Shown piece by piece: positions 13,591-27,109 of a stretch of 64,000 nt of DNA (its first letter is position 1; the number at the start of each line of letters is the position of its first letter). Source of the DNA: Catajapyx aquilonaris (Eukaryota); the NCBI GenBank assembly GCA_000934665.2, contig KZ538381.1, forward strand, positions 1 through 64,000, in the 5' to 3' direction. Position numbers and translations under genes: made by a program. A model generated the notes under the pieces. It worked only from the letters and a program-made list of their open reading frames with translations. It did not search any database and was not told the DNA's origin.

Positions 13591-14348
13591 CAGTAAAACC
13601 TGTCCCTATATACGTTGGACACTGATGGTTCCGTTTAAAATGTCCAGCATAGGGAGGTGTCCACCTTATTAGGATTTCAACATAACGGGTTGCATAGTGC
13701 AGCACAGTAATGTACATAGTATAATTATTCGTCAACTAAGTAAGTACTTCTGTATACAGTATATGCATACAGTATAGTCAACTTCCAATGTTTATGTATT
13801 TTTTAAAATATTGTCAGTATGCATGGTCTACATACAATTTCTGGAACTGGCCTACTTTTTGGTATAAAAAATCGGTAACAAGCGACTGTTTTAAATTTAC
13901 CACCCTCTTAATTAGAGAAATTTCAATTGACTCTCAGACAGCAAAAATCTGGTCAATAATCTTGCCGGCGCTAAAATGATTCAGGCAGCATGCTTCACAA
14001 AATGTATTAAGACCTCAGCATGGTTCAATTTTAAGGAAAAACGAAAATTAATAGTAAGTATTAATAAAACTTTATCCTGGTCTTGCCGCAACCCTTCACA
14101 TCACACACATACCTCCTCACCGTGTGTGAAGGGTTGCTTCAAGACCAGGATAAAGTGGCCAAAACAATTTGAGCCCCATAGTATACATGTCCAACTTAAA
14201 GAGGGAAAAAGTGTCCAAATTCCAAGATAGAGAGGTGTTCAACTTAGCAACATTGCAAGGGATAGGCTTTTTGACGGTTCCAAAAAAGAATCTCCAACAT
14301 GGAGAGGTGACCAACTGAACAAGGGGTCCAACTTGACAGGTTTTACTA
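13591..14348. mobile_element. pogo-type non-autonomous DNA transposon containing a nested MITE
   Basis: TA|CAGTAAAACCTGTC ... GACAGGTTTTACTA|TA; internal repeats of GAGGTGTCCA-like motifs near both ends. Confidence 0.75.
14069..14185. mobile_element. Short hairpin MITE (left end truncated), same family as 35782-36285
   Basis: ACTTTATCCTGGTCTTGCCGCAACCCTTCACA pairs with TGTGAAGGGTTGCTTCAAGACCAGGATAAAGT. Confidence 0.8.
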
Positions 14349-16582
14349 TATTATGGAACAACGTTTTTTTGCATAAAAGTAGAGTTATCATTCAAAGTGT
14401 GAAATGTACAGGAAAAATGATATGCAAAGCTATATTCAAAAGTTGTTTAAATTTATTTCTTTTTAACTTTTTGGGGACAACAAACAAAGAAAAAGAAATT
14501 ATGGCCCATAATTTCAGAAGCATAACAGTAAAGCATTGCAGGGTAATTCTATTTCAAATCATTACGCAGTGATATTCGTACATTTAATATAAAAAACAGC
14601 GTATGCAAGCTACATCCAGTTGTAGTCGTCTGGTACAGCAGGCTATGTAGTTTTTAAAAACAATAAAATTCAATCACGAAGAAAATATTTTTTGCTTGGG
14701 TATCAAAATAGAATTTTGGGGAAATGACACTTTTTGAGGTCGTATAATTATCCTATACATGTGTATTGTATTAAGTGCCATTTCCAGTAAATTTTAATCA
14801 TTAGCTTCTCCATGTAGTCCTTTGCAGGAATTAGGCCATATACAGTATATTGGCCTTATAATATATTGGTGCAGTTGGCTTCAAAAAAGTGTTCAAACGT
14901 TGTTTTTTTGCTCAAAATTAACTTATTGGTCATTTAAGATGCCGTTCGGATGAAGGGTGCGTGTACGACGATTATATTTTATGAAACACTGTGTACTAAT
15001 TTTAAAGCAGACCCAATGGCTACTATACCTCCGAGCAAAGGGGACTACTAAAGACATATGGATGGTCAATGGCGCTAACATGCTGACATTTTGTACAAAA
15101 ATACATACGATATTTCAAGAGGCATTTTATGGTTGTAATTTTAATTTTTTAAAACCCTAAGGTAATGTGAAACTTGGTAATTTTGGTATTAGGCCTATTA
15201 CGTTGTCTCGTGAATAAAGCAGCAGCTTTTCTTAGTTTCCAAAAAACTAAGTAAAATTTTATTTCCATAAGCAAAGTTTTGTTAATGTTTTAAACGAAAT
15301 GGGATATGTGATCTACTTTTGTGACGGTCATATTGGAGATACGTAATTATACGCTATTGGGCATTTCATCACAACTGCGTAACTTATTATAAATAGCTCA
15401 ATGTTAATTTTGCACAAGAAATGAAGATTTAACATTTTTCTGAAGGCGAATGTACCATTTTATAAGGCAAAGTACCCTATACACGGATGAATCCTTTTAA
15501 AACTATTTACTTATGGTGGTTTACAGATATCTGACCTTAAATCTTTTTAAATTATATTTTGATACTCCTGCAAAAAAAAAACTGCATCTAAAGATTATTT
15601 TTAGAAACTGTGCTACATGATTCATGATTGTGTACCACTTGACTTCATATATTATACCAAGTACAACTGATGGATTTGCGTCAGGGTACGGTTTCTTTTT
15701 TTTAGAAAAATGTGTGATTATAATCACACAGAAAAAGTATGAAATGAGCATACTTCAAATGAAAGTGACTTGTCCATCAGGTGAATGGCATTTCTCTTTG
15801 CCTAAATATAATCTGAACATTAGTTTATTTCCACAGTGCTATACGCTCAATAGTACAGCCGTTGCATTCCCTTCCATATAATTTATAGTAGTAAATATAT
15901 TCGACCAAAAGGGTTTATACTTACCCCATAAACTTCAAAAGGCCACTTTTTTCACAGCCAAAGTTTTGAAGGCCGGTGTTAACATCCCAGAAAAAAGTGA
16001 TGTATCCATTAATTCAGGGACCCTATGCTTGGAACACCCCCCCCCCCCCCCCCAAAAAAAAAAAAAATCCTCCTATTTTTTTCAATGCATTCCTATCTGA
16101 TACTCTTTCAAGGCTGGCGTCGCACAACTTGGGTGGCTCAGAATAAAATTGTCGCTTTTCAACCCACGTGAGGCTTCAAATCAAAACCTCATCTAGCGCT
16201 ATAAATCAATTTTACCCCTAATGCAAAAAAAAGGGGGGGCCAACTGAAAGCAAGAGGGGGGGCAGAAGCCAAAGAAAAGAATGAGTGTAAAAAAAACAAA
16301 AACAAAAAAAACGAAGAAAGCCAGGCAGACCATGCATGCAGACGCCTCGTAGGCTCGTAGGCACAGGCAGCCTATCACGCGGGGCAATTTGTTCTTCCCG
16401 CACTTGTCCAAATAAAGCCCACAAATAAATCGATACCCAGAGGGCGAGAAAGGGTTTAGTGCGAGTCCATTACGAGTCCCTTTAGGCCCTTGTAGCACCC
16501 AACCCTAAGGAGCTGGTCCTATGCTCGTAGGCAATGTGACACATGGTAAAAAGCGCCTACGAGTCAAACGAGAAGGATGGGC

Positions 16583-16760
16583 CCAATAGGGAGGCGCGTT
16601 TGAAAAACGGGTTGTGATTGGTGGGTGTGTGGGTAATGGGAGGGGCTAGGTAGGGACCAATCGGATATGGTGCTTCTGGCGTGTTGGGGGCGTGGGGGGG
16701 TGCGAGGAGGGCTCCGCCTTTGCCGAACCTTTATAAGAATGAGGGTTCGGAGTTGTGATC
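16583..16760 (+). promoter_or_regulatory. Probable proximal promoter of engrailed gene 1
   Basis: CCAAT boxes at 16583-16587, 16617-16621 (reverse) and 16657-16661; GC box GGGGCGTGG at 16687-16695; TATA-like TATAAGA at 16732-16738, about 125 nt before the ATG; locally GC/CpG-rich. Confidence 0.65.
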
Positions 16761-16858
16761 CGAACGCGCGCCTTTCACCAACTGCCAGCGGCAGCGAAAG
16801 GAAGGGGGGAGGGTGACCTGAGGTGACCCTGGCCGGCCAGGTTGAAGACTGCACCAGG

Positions 16859-17099
16859 ATGGGAAGCGGGGCGGAATCGGGCCGGAAGACTCCGACGGCG
16901 GCGCCAGCGTCGCCGGAAGTCCTCAGCTTCTCGGTGGCCCGGATCTTGTCACCGGAGTTTGGAAGAGACGCGCTTAGATCCAGGGAAAGGCCGGCGGGGA
17001 ATAGCCCGGAGCCAGAGGTCAGCGGGGTCAAAAACAAAGGACCCCTGGTGTGGCCGGCGTGGGTCTACTGCACCAGGTATTCGGACCGGCCTTCATCTG
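16859..17099 (+). CDS. en: Engrailed-family gene 1, coding exon 1 (EH1 Groucho-binding motif and EH2 Pbx/Exd-interaction motif)
   Basis: ATG at 16859 is the first Met after an in-frame TGA at 16814. Translation MGSGAESG...LSFSVARILSPEFG (EH1)...LVWPAWVYCTRYSDRPSSG (EH2). Ends at donor TCTG|GTGAGT (intron starts 17100, phase 1), the conserved engrailed intron position. en versus inv assignment is tentative. Confidence 0.95.
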
Positions 17100-19599
17100 G
17101 TGAGTTGTCGGATTGTTTACTTATCTGTCTAAGGTGTCACATTCCTTCTGGTCACTTGACGATGCCGCATGTCACGTTGTCCCAAGTAAAATGGCGCCTG
17201 GCGCTTCCATAGAATACAATGTGTGCCCACCTACGTTGACATGTTGATTCAAGCTGTACTATGGGTATACAGACGGTGAACGTTGACAGCAAACATCAAT
17301 ATCGGCCTATAAGTGTCAGTTGTTCTAAAGTTACAAAACACGAGTGCATGATTGCTAACGTTGTGTATCGTCGCGTGCCTCTGATTAGAACCTTGCAGAT
17401 CAACGTTTGTTCCCAATGGAGATTTACCCGCATTGATTGAGGCGTGTGGAAGAATATATAGTGCCAATAACCACCATTCCTTGACAGGACTGTGTCCTCT
17501 ATGAGGCCTTCATCAGGATAATATCAGCAAACTATGTGGGTTAGTAACATGCGTAGTCTAAACTATATTCTCCCCAGCGCCTCCGATTTTCACAACTATA
17601 TACAGTTACAGGTTGTTACGGACAATATAATTGCGAAATATCGAACCGTAACTCCTAAACTGCGGGTGTTTGTATATATGATGGGTTGATATGAAATGCT
17701 GCAGAATTACAGGCCATGAGTGGTATAGGACTCGGCATACGAGCAGATGTGTAGATATAGTGGTAGTAGTATAGAATATACTATTGACAAGTATACAGCC
17801 GTCCTTATATATACCTATATTACCATATGCGCTCTTTAAGAAATGAGGCCACGAATATGTAATAAATCAGTATAGGGAAGTCATGTACATGAATATTACC
17901 AACTTATATACTGTCAAGTCTGTCCGAAGGGTCGTGATAGTGCCAAAGCTATTATCAATAATGTCGTAATTTAAATACCTGTCACATGAATTATGACGAG
18001 ATCAGTCTATGTTAATGAAGTTTTTGGGACCACGCTCGTGCTGTTGTGCATCTGATTGTAACACATTCATTCCTATACTGTACATGAACTTTTTTAAACA
18101 TATCGGTCTATAATATGATTTGTCTGTATAACTAATATAGATGGTTGTGCAGCACTGTACTTTTATGCGTCACCACATATGCTATGCGTGACATGAAATT
18201 ATTTTGTGAAGGCCTCTGCACATGCATGGTGTCATGAGGCTTTTATGCCATTTATGGCTTCTTTTGAAGTTATTCAGGCGGATAATTACTTCGTTCATCT
18301 ACCTTTAATACTTATGGCTCTACTATACAGAACGTGATATTTAATAGTAAGATTTATTACCAGGCCTCAGTTGTATAGCTATTTAGGTTGTATCAAGATC
18401 ATAGTGTGTCCGTGTCATCTCTGCGTAACTCAGTGATTGCCAATGATGAGTCTTATACAGCCACGGAGGAATTCAAACAATACGAGACCTCTTGCAGCAT
18501 GGAAGGGATGGGGAGGCACAGGAGGGAGGGGAAGATGCAGGTATACAGTATATTATAAGTGAAAGCGCGGGAGGGAGTCTAGAAGCACTTATCAGTGGAT
18601 GCGAGAATGCTGGAGTTGGAGGACACAGGCATCTTGCCACTTATAATGAGAAGGGCTTCAGGCCTCTCACCTGTAAGGTGCAATATAGGGTTGAGTTCTC
18701 CGACCCTCAGAGTAGTGGATGTGGTGCTCTTCCATGCATATTTTTTTTTTTACGGATGGGAAGTTCCTACTTCCTGATTCCAAGTAAAGCAGCACTGATA
18801 GACTGATATACAGGTCACTGTATTGCCCGAGGATGACAAGCTTATAGAGCATATCAAAATTGAGTCATAATAGCCTACCTGCAATTTTTCTGATTCGTGT
18901 TTTGCTTGGAGTTAAAATTACTTGACACATTTGCATCACTATATAATGTATTATGCACTCTCCCTCACGTTTGGTAATGTCACGTTATAGCGCTCTCAGG
19001 ATATGCTGATAAAATTATGAATCATTTGACTTGCTGACTCCCCCCTCCCTCTACTGCATTCTTAAAAGATAATGCTGAACATCTCGAAATCGTGACACTT
19101 CTTTTTATAAAAGGAGGCAACGAACTGGGAATTGGATTGCAGTTTTTGAGGAGACTTTATCTGATTAAATTTTTAATCGCGCAGATGAAATCCAGTAGCT
19201 CTTTTTTATGCCGGAAGTTTACATCTGAATAAACTTATCAATATACTTATGGAATAGATCATGATGAATTTTTGCAAGCCAAGATGCTTATTAATTATGG
19301 ACAATTGATAGTCCAGAGTCACGCGATGAGGATTTATGGGTATAGTGCTCCACCTACCGGATATTTGTTACACTCTACAATATGATTGGGGCGATATCAA
19401 TGCAGAAATCTGTGCCTGATCTACACCGAGTACACCAAAACGTTTGCAATTCATAAGTATATTTTACAATCGAATAAAATTTATATTCATGCTCGTACAG
19501 GCTATATACAGGCAGGTAATATGATATAGAATGTTTGAATTTCATCATTTATGTCACCAATATGTACAAAAAATAGGCTTTTAACAAATTGGCGATGTA

Positions 19600-19689
19600 C
19601 TATCGGCCAACTATATGGCCTTATTGCGGGCACTTCTGTCGTATATCCTGTGAGTGCCATTACTGTCCGCAATCCTATTTGGCCGATAG
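19600..19689. mobile_element. Small MITE in gene 1 intron
   Basis: TA|CTATCGGCCAA ... TTGGCCGATAG|TA, with inner ATTGCGG/CCGCAAT pairing. Confidence 0.7.
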
Positions 19690-22600
19690 TACGTAGTAGC
19701 CCTAGGAAATTGCCGCATGTTCCAGCTAATTATACAGGCAAGCTAGTTGTTTGTCCTATCAAACACCTCTATAAGGTACTGTAACTTCCCTGCAATATAG
19801 ATAAGACTGAAGATGGAAAGCGATAAGGACACTAACCCTCCTCCCAACCCCCCCTTGATTCCAGCCCACATCTTGGCTATTTTGAGGCCTGGGATAGAGC
19901 ACAAGCTGTCATCAGAGGCGCCACGCTATACACAACCAATAGACCTGGCGAGTCGTGAGCTACTTGACCAACGGCTCAATTACTATAATCCGCAGACAAG
20001 TAGCCTACAGCGGTCGAGTGCTGGTCGATACTCGCTTCCCATGCATATATTGGAATAGATTTCCCCATTCTTGTCCACAGCAACGCTTAATCCAGTAGCA
20101 GCCTGGCCATTAGCTGTGACGGCTGAGTTATGACCCGCAGCGGAAAAAGCAATATAACTAGGGGAGTTGAATCTGAACCCAGCAAATAGTGGTGCATTCT
20201 GCAGTCAAAAGGCGGGGGGTGCAATCCGGCGCCTGCTACATGTACACAAAAGCCATGCCAGACAATTACCGGCTGAATAGCGAACAGTGTTTCTGGTTCC
20301 GCCCGCTCCCCTTTCAGCAAAAGCTCAACAGAGCACAACAAAGGGGTCCGCCCATCAGCCACCCCTTCAAACCAATGCTGCTGCCACTCTGCTCAATTAT
20401 TGACGCCCCAACGAGTTTCGGCCGGAGTTTTCATTTTTCGGTTGGCCGCAGACGATTGGCCCGGGACCCGGGAGGGAATCGCAGACTGTATCGCGGATAG
20501 GGCCGCATCTTATATGCAGCTCATATATGGACATTCGCCAAGGATGCACCAATATTATAATTTGCTAGGATGTAATGTTTCAGTGTTCTAATTAAGACAC
20601 TTGTCAGCATACATTCAGGGCATCGTGTACAGGATTAGGCATCAAATTCAATATGCTAATTAATTAAACAATTGAAAGCGTCTAACGTACTAACGCCTTT
20701 CATAGAACGACATGTGCCATACATATTGCTGGTTTTCAAATGAGGGATAAGTTTATAATCAGTTGAACTGCAAACAGTGACTTACCTTTCACACTCTGTA
20801 TTGCCTACGACCACATTAGCTTCTTTATTTATTTATAAGAGGTGTCACATGATGAGGCTTCAAAAGCAGCGGCTTCTGAAAGGTTTTATATATTATAAAG
20901 AAGCCAACAAATAAGTTTTAGATGAGGCAGGTTTTTTGGATAACCCTGTATATAAGTTAAGGAGAGACGAATGGAGCAGCAGCAGGCAGGGGAAGAATGA
21001 TGGGGTTGTCAGAGAGTTTGACGAAGAAAAGCGGTGCCGGGAGAGGATTATGAGATAGAAAGGGATGCATCCCTTTGTTGCAGGCCAGGTGAGTGACGAG
21101 ATGGGCTGCCCCACGTTGGACTCACGCCAGGTGCCTTAGCTCCACCGTAATAGAAAGCCCACATTGATTACTCCACTGGGCAACAGCCTATCATTTTCCG
21201 AACTAGGAAATACTAGATCGCCCCCCCCCCCCCTANCCCCCCCCTATATTGAAAGAATGACGACTCAATATTTACTGCGAGTATATAGTAGATGACTTTC
21301 GCTTACAAAGTGCGTCAGTGTCCTTGCCTGCTGGTTGCCTGCTCTTGTTATAATGGGCCCTCTTCCCTCCAGAATATGAAACAGGCAGCACCCCTTGATT
21401 GACTGAGTGATTGATCTGTAGGCTGGAACCCACTCGGCCAGAATGCTAATGAAGCCGTAGTAAAAAAAAAAAACGCGACTGATAGGCGTCGGATATAAGG
21501 CCTAACCTTGCTCACTTGCTGTTGCATCTACCCCATAACCTACACACGTCTTGATTAAGTCCTAAGATGAAGTAATGAAACCTTAGCTTGGAAAATTGAT
21601 GGAAGTTGCAGCTGCAAATGAAAGTGACATCACGCAGGCGCTTAATTAGAACCCTAGATGCTGACAGGTGGTTTCCAGATATAAAATCGTGCACACATGA
21701 AAGGCACGGTTCTTGCACCCCCCCCTGTGGCCACACCATTCGAACACTGTTATAGGCCCATGGGTACCCAATTTTTGGAAGGCTGGTTATGAGAAAAGGC
21801 AGCATCCAATAAGAAGGCACAAGCTAGCCCGTTTGAATCAGAGCCGCCCTTTCTACAAACTAAAAAAGTGTTTCACACCCCCCCCCCCTCCCCCTCCTCC
21901 CCTTGAGCAACAACAACGGGCGCCGCCAACAACCCCGCGCGCAACCTTTGGGGCCAATTAGCGGTCGACCCTAATCACAACGCTCGCTGAGCCCGGTTGC
22001 TATGGCACCCACCCTGCTCGTTTTTGCGTGACGTCAGTCGAGGTGGGTGCCCCCCCTCCCCCTCTATATATACCTACCTATAGAGACTCACACCTATAAT
22101 AGTTTCCCACCTACATTCAAAAAATGAGCATAAATCTCGGTATAGAGGTGGCAAAAATTGGGGTTTATCCACAACCCTGCAAAAGGAGAGGAGATTTATA
22201 TTGTTGCCCTGCAGTTGTGCAATGCATAAATTATTTGTATATACCAGCAGCTTTTGAGTTAGAGACGCGTGGAAATTAATGAGATAACCTGTAGACTGGC
22301 GTGTGGGAATGAGTTGTAATTACTCGTGGAGGCAGCAGATGCTGCCTACTCCCTGTTATTCACCAGACGATAATTAAGCTGTAAAATATGTGCATATATT
22401 AATTCGGCGCTCACATAAATCTTGGACTAGTTGGACTTGAGTGATACTTGTACATTCATTGTATAATTGCGCTTCGACATCGTGAGGTGTAACTAAACAT
22501 GGAAAAACCTTCGACTGCTCTCCGTCATTTTACAAGACATTTAAATATGCCCTAATGACAGGGTTGTTAGGAGCCAGTTTATGCATTTTTTGATGGACAT

Positions 22601-23178
22601 GCAGCAGCACATTAATATGGAGGTTATGATAACCAGTCGTAATCTGAACGGAGTGTAAGATTATTATGCGTGTAACTCAGCTTAGAAGAAGATGTAACTT
22701 TCCTATAGGGACTTTGTACGAATAATTTAATTATATTATTTGCTATCCGAAACATTTCCTAATTGCCTTAGCCTAAGCCTTTTCCCCAATCATGAGCCGA
22801 CTCATTAAAACGTATACTGTGTTCGTACCTAATTCCTTATGTAAGCGCATTTTACGACCACTGCTGACATATGTATGGTAACGAGCTGACTTCCTCATTC
22901 CATTGCTAATCACCTCTGCATTATTAGTTGGAGACAAGTTGATTGCAAGTGATTACACTGCAATAGGCCGTAAATGACCTGCAGGATCAGCAGGCGAGGG
23001 CAATGAAAGTGGGTTGCCTATCAGGCAGGATAAGCATGCTGGGAGCAGACTCTTGAAAGTGTATACGGGTGAGTTGTCCCCCTGCAGACAGCGACTGCTG
23101 CAGTAAATTATCCGCATCCGCATTGATCCTCTTCCTTTTTCAACCCCATAAGACCCGGATGAGGAGAGACCAAAAATT

Positions 23179-23550
23179 GTCCCCGTAGCTCAGTGGCAGA
23201 GCGCTCATCACAGGCGTGATGTGGTCCCGGGTTCGATTCCTGGCGTGGGCATGTGTATTGGACTATCTCCAACAATCCTTATTTCCTAATCCTAAACCGG
23301 GTACAGGGTGAGTCTATTGACTCTAGAGGACATGTTGACTCCCCTTGTACAGCTCACGCAGTCGCTGCTACAGGAAAAGGGCATGTACGTGCACTAACTG
23401 CTGCTATCTTTCACTGGGTTGGAATGAAAGCAGTCACATTCGTTGGCTGAAATGTCGCTTCTAATTTTACACTCTACTTGTGAAGGCTCAGTTTGGAGGA
23501 GGACTACGGTTATTCGTTTGCACAACTGTTCCACTTTGCTAGATCTTTTT
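23179..23550 (+). mobile_element. tRNA-like cloverleaf plus about 300-nt body (SINE or Pol III ncRNA) in gene 1 intron
   Basis: 23179-23251 folds as a cloverleaf: acceptor stem 6/7 pairs, D stem GCTC/GAGC, T arm CCGGG-TTCGATT-CCTGG, non-canonical anticodon arm. T-run at 23546-23550. The 3' boundary is uncertain. Confidence 0.6.
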
Positions 23551-25399
23551 ACTGGGAAAAGTCGCCTTGCTGCATGCTGTGCCAGACACGATTTTGATTG
23601 GTTGCGCCATTGATTTCTTGCATGCTGCCTACATTTACACGAATTATAGGCTGGTCCAAAATTGCGGGGATTAAGTTCTTGTCCGGCTTGTTATAAATAA
23701 TGTATCTTTCCACTGCACTATATTTACTGACTGAACGCAATATAGTGTACGATAGCACCCACTTAACATGCTCGTGGCATAACTTATACATCATGTTATA
23801 GAGATTACAGGTTTCACTATAGTGAATGTGGCTCGGGAGATATTTTTACTCTTCATGGCCGAGGTGCACCAATGCGACCCCATTTTGTTATTATATTGTC
23901 AAAAAATATTTCTGACTGATGGCAGTATAATTTTCAGCCGAATGTCTTACATGCATGCCATTGAAGGCCTGAAATGTAGAACGATCGCAGTCATTTTGGT
24001 CAAAATAGAGTCATAAGAAATGTGTATAGTCCTCAAAGTGTATGTACCTATTGGTACTTTCTGGTGGTTAAAGCAGTTTGAAATTAAGAAACAATGACAT
24101 CATCAAACTACTTTTGAAATCATTCCAGTGTGACTCGGATACTTCTGCATTTAATATCTTCAGCTGACTCAGTCTATTGCCTAAATGTGTAGGGCGTGAG
24201 ACCAGACCATGATTACAAGCTTCACCACCATGAAAATGATTTTTTTTGTCCTTGCCTGACGTGATAGTGTCTCTTTCCCGTGCTAAAACTGGTTTCGAAA
24301 CTAAAGAGAGCCGTTTACGTAGGTTTTCCGTGTCATTGGCATGTGAAACATGAGTCGCCGTTGTTATGTGGCTTTGAATGAGACAATATCACACCTTCTC
24401 CCGCACTTCAATTGTCACTGCATACAATAAACCAGCCAAACAATCACGATTCACCGGCATCTCGTTTGAATATAGGTGACTGTATTTATAGATGGAATGC
24501 ATTTCTTATTTAAGAAAGTTTGGGCTATTGTTATGAGCAACCCTGCTTTTGGAGGTTTTTCAATATTGTGTTGCCAATATACGTGCGCTTGTAATTCTAT
24601 CAAAAAGAAGCCTTTCGCGCAGGAACCGCAAGTATTTTAGGCGCATTTTTGAAGCCTACAGCTCCAACCCCTATTAAGAGAATTTACCAGCGAGAAGCAC
24701 CACAGAGTAAAAGTGTGCATAAAAATCGATCGTATTGCTCGTTAGAAACATCACTGCGCCGCTATTTAGTTTACACGATAAAATACTGATTATTAAATTA
24801 ATATTGCAAACTGACCTCTATAGGCCTACAATGATATTGTAAAGCTCTGAAGGAAGTAAAATATCTGCAAGCAAGTTTTATGTCGAGGTCTCAAGTTGTT
24901 TAATATGCTTACCACCTTAGTCTATTTGTGTCTAATAATAGTTACGGTAAGCATAATAAAATGCACCCTGTAAATAACTGCTCAACTTTCCCCCGACCCC
25001 TTATACGACAGTGCAGCTATTTTTAAGGCTAAATGACCAGAAAAGCGTAATGGGTGGTATCCACTGATTATTTGATTACGCCAAAATCAATCATACAGTC
25101 GTATATCACCAGACTGCGCATGCCACCAACCACACACGTAACTTGCTGTCAGCCAAAGCCGTGATTCGTCGCCGTGACATATTCTTCTACTGTATATTGA
25201 CTACCTGTTCTGCCTTTATTTGTTTTCCTCGTGTGCAAATGAAGTTATGTAGCTCTGATAATTATTTGAACAGTGGCCTCGGCATCAATTTTCTGCTTTA
25301 CGTTGAGAGACCTGTTCTTCATACCCTAACTGTATAAGTTGTGTTGATCTGTTGTGGAATAGATAGGGATAGTTGTTTTGCTCTTTTTTATTTGTGCAG

Positions 25400-25743
25400 G
25401 CCCCCGCTCTCGTCGCGCCCCCAAGCGAGAGCCGCGTCGGCCGGAGGAGAAGCGTCCCCGGACAGCGTTCACTCAGGAGCAGCTCCAGCGGCTGAAGAGA
25501 GAGTTTGACGAGAACCGATACCTGACAGAGAAGAGGCGGCAGAGTCTGGCCAGGGAACTGGCACTCAACGAGAGCCAGATCAAGATCTGGTTCCAAAACA
25601 AGAGGGCCAAGATCAAGAAGTCATCCGGACAGAGGAACCCTCTCGCGTTACAACTCATGGCGCAGGGACTCTACAATCACTCCACCGTTGCCGTCGACGA
25701 GGATGATGAAGAAGAAGCAGAGGGGGATAATTCCTCCACGTAG
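25400..25743 (+). CDS. en: Engrailed-family gene 1, coding exon 2 (EH3, homeodomain, EH5, acidic tail)
   Basis: Acceptor ctcttttttatttgtgcag|GC joins exon 1 in phase (G|GC = Gly). Encodes PRSRR...[59 protein letters not shown]...[17 protein letters not shown], stop TAG 25741-25743. Spliced CDS 241+344 = 585 nt, 194 aa. Confidence 0.97.
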
Positions 25744-27109
25744 CCACCTCCTCATTCAGGTTAGAGACAGCATGTTTTTCTATGATATGTGTAACTAACT
25801 GGCAAAATTGAAGGTGAGACGACAGCAAGAGCGAGTGCCGGATGTTTACTGATACGGATGTGAGCAAACTTTTTGAAACACGCGGTACCTATTAAATAAT
25901 TCAGAAAAAAGAAATATACGATGAAGTATATTGTTCTGTTGTTCAATTTCTGTTAGCGTATACGGTGCTGCAAATTATACAGTATAACCAAATGATCTTG
26001 ACAATATGAAAATGTTAAAAGATAGGGGTTCTGACATCATCATCATCATCGTCGTCGTCGTCGTTGTTGTTGGCTCATCTACAAGTATAGCTCCTTGTAA
26101 TTCGTGTGTCATGACTAATTGGATCCATTGGCTTCTCTTGTCTTCTCTAAATCAGGGTCACAAAGAATGACCGATGGTCTGAAGGCCAAAGGTCAGAGTA
26201 GGGGCACCGGGGACAAGCTGGGATGAGGGGAAGGGGAGAAGGGTGACGCCATGGAATCTGCATATGATTTCAAGCAGGCCACTGCTGGAAGTAGGTAAGT
26301 TCACAATACATGCTGTTCCTTCATTCAATTATTGTTTTATTTCTTTTATCGAATATTATATTATCTGCAATATTTACACCACAATATGCAGTATGTAAAT
26401 TATAGTCTAAGCTGCTGATAGTGCACGGAATTTATATGCAAACTGTTGTTTTTACAGAATACTCGGCTTCGGTGCTTGCCTGCAGGCGCATCAACATTGT
26501 TGCCCTCTTCCCTTCCTCTAAATAACTGTACATTATTTTGTACATAAACTGTCAACCTCGCTTTGTACTGTATACCTGTATAGGATACAAACAATCCTTG
26601 TAAATTATGTGTTCAAATGAAAATACATGGATAATTTAATGAAACTTCAATTTTGCGTGATCACATTGTGATATTAAATGCATTTTATGACTCCAATTAT
26701 TATAGACCATGGCACGTCTTCAGAGTATGTGGAAGGAGTTTCCTTCATGTACTGTGCAGCTGTAGATATATGCCTGTTGTGAATGTACGCAAGATAATTA
26801 TTTGGTGTCACTGAAACAGTAAAAAGTACCTCTACTGCCTATCAAGGCGTCTATGCAAGCGACTTATTTTATTTTACACCTATTCATCCCTGGCAGCAGT
26901 ATACCTCGGAAGTTCAAAATAATATTTTATTTCCGTCATTCTAGGACAGTGTCAGTGTGTTTTTTTCCGGCCTCTTACGTTACTATGTATTACCCTATCC
27001 CTAATCACTAAAGGTCATGCAATAGTCGGTTTCATGATCGATAGTAAATTCAGAACAAGTGGCTTTTCTTCTGGATTAACAACATGTTCTGAATTTAATA
27101 AATTTTCTG

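Noticed and set aside
17100..17212. Read-through of exon 1 ORF past the donor (ELSDCLL…)
   Set aside because: Intron sequence after a consensus GTGAGT donor.
21011..21040. 14-nt match to the homeobox (AGAGAGTTTGACGA) reading REFDEEKRCR in gene 1 intron
   Set aside because: One 14-mer match between a 340-nt exon and this window is plausible by chance and the flanks do not extend it.
25285..25658. Antisense ORFs over both homeobox exons (MEPDLDL…, MSCNARG…; mirrored at 46659-47008)
   Set aside because: Shadow frames of GC-rich coding sequence, duplicated only because the exons are identical.
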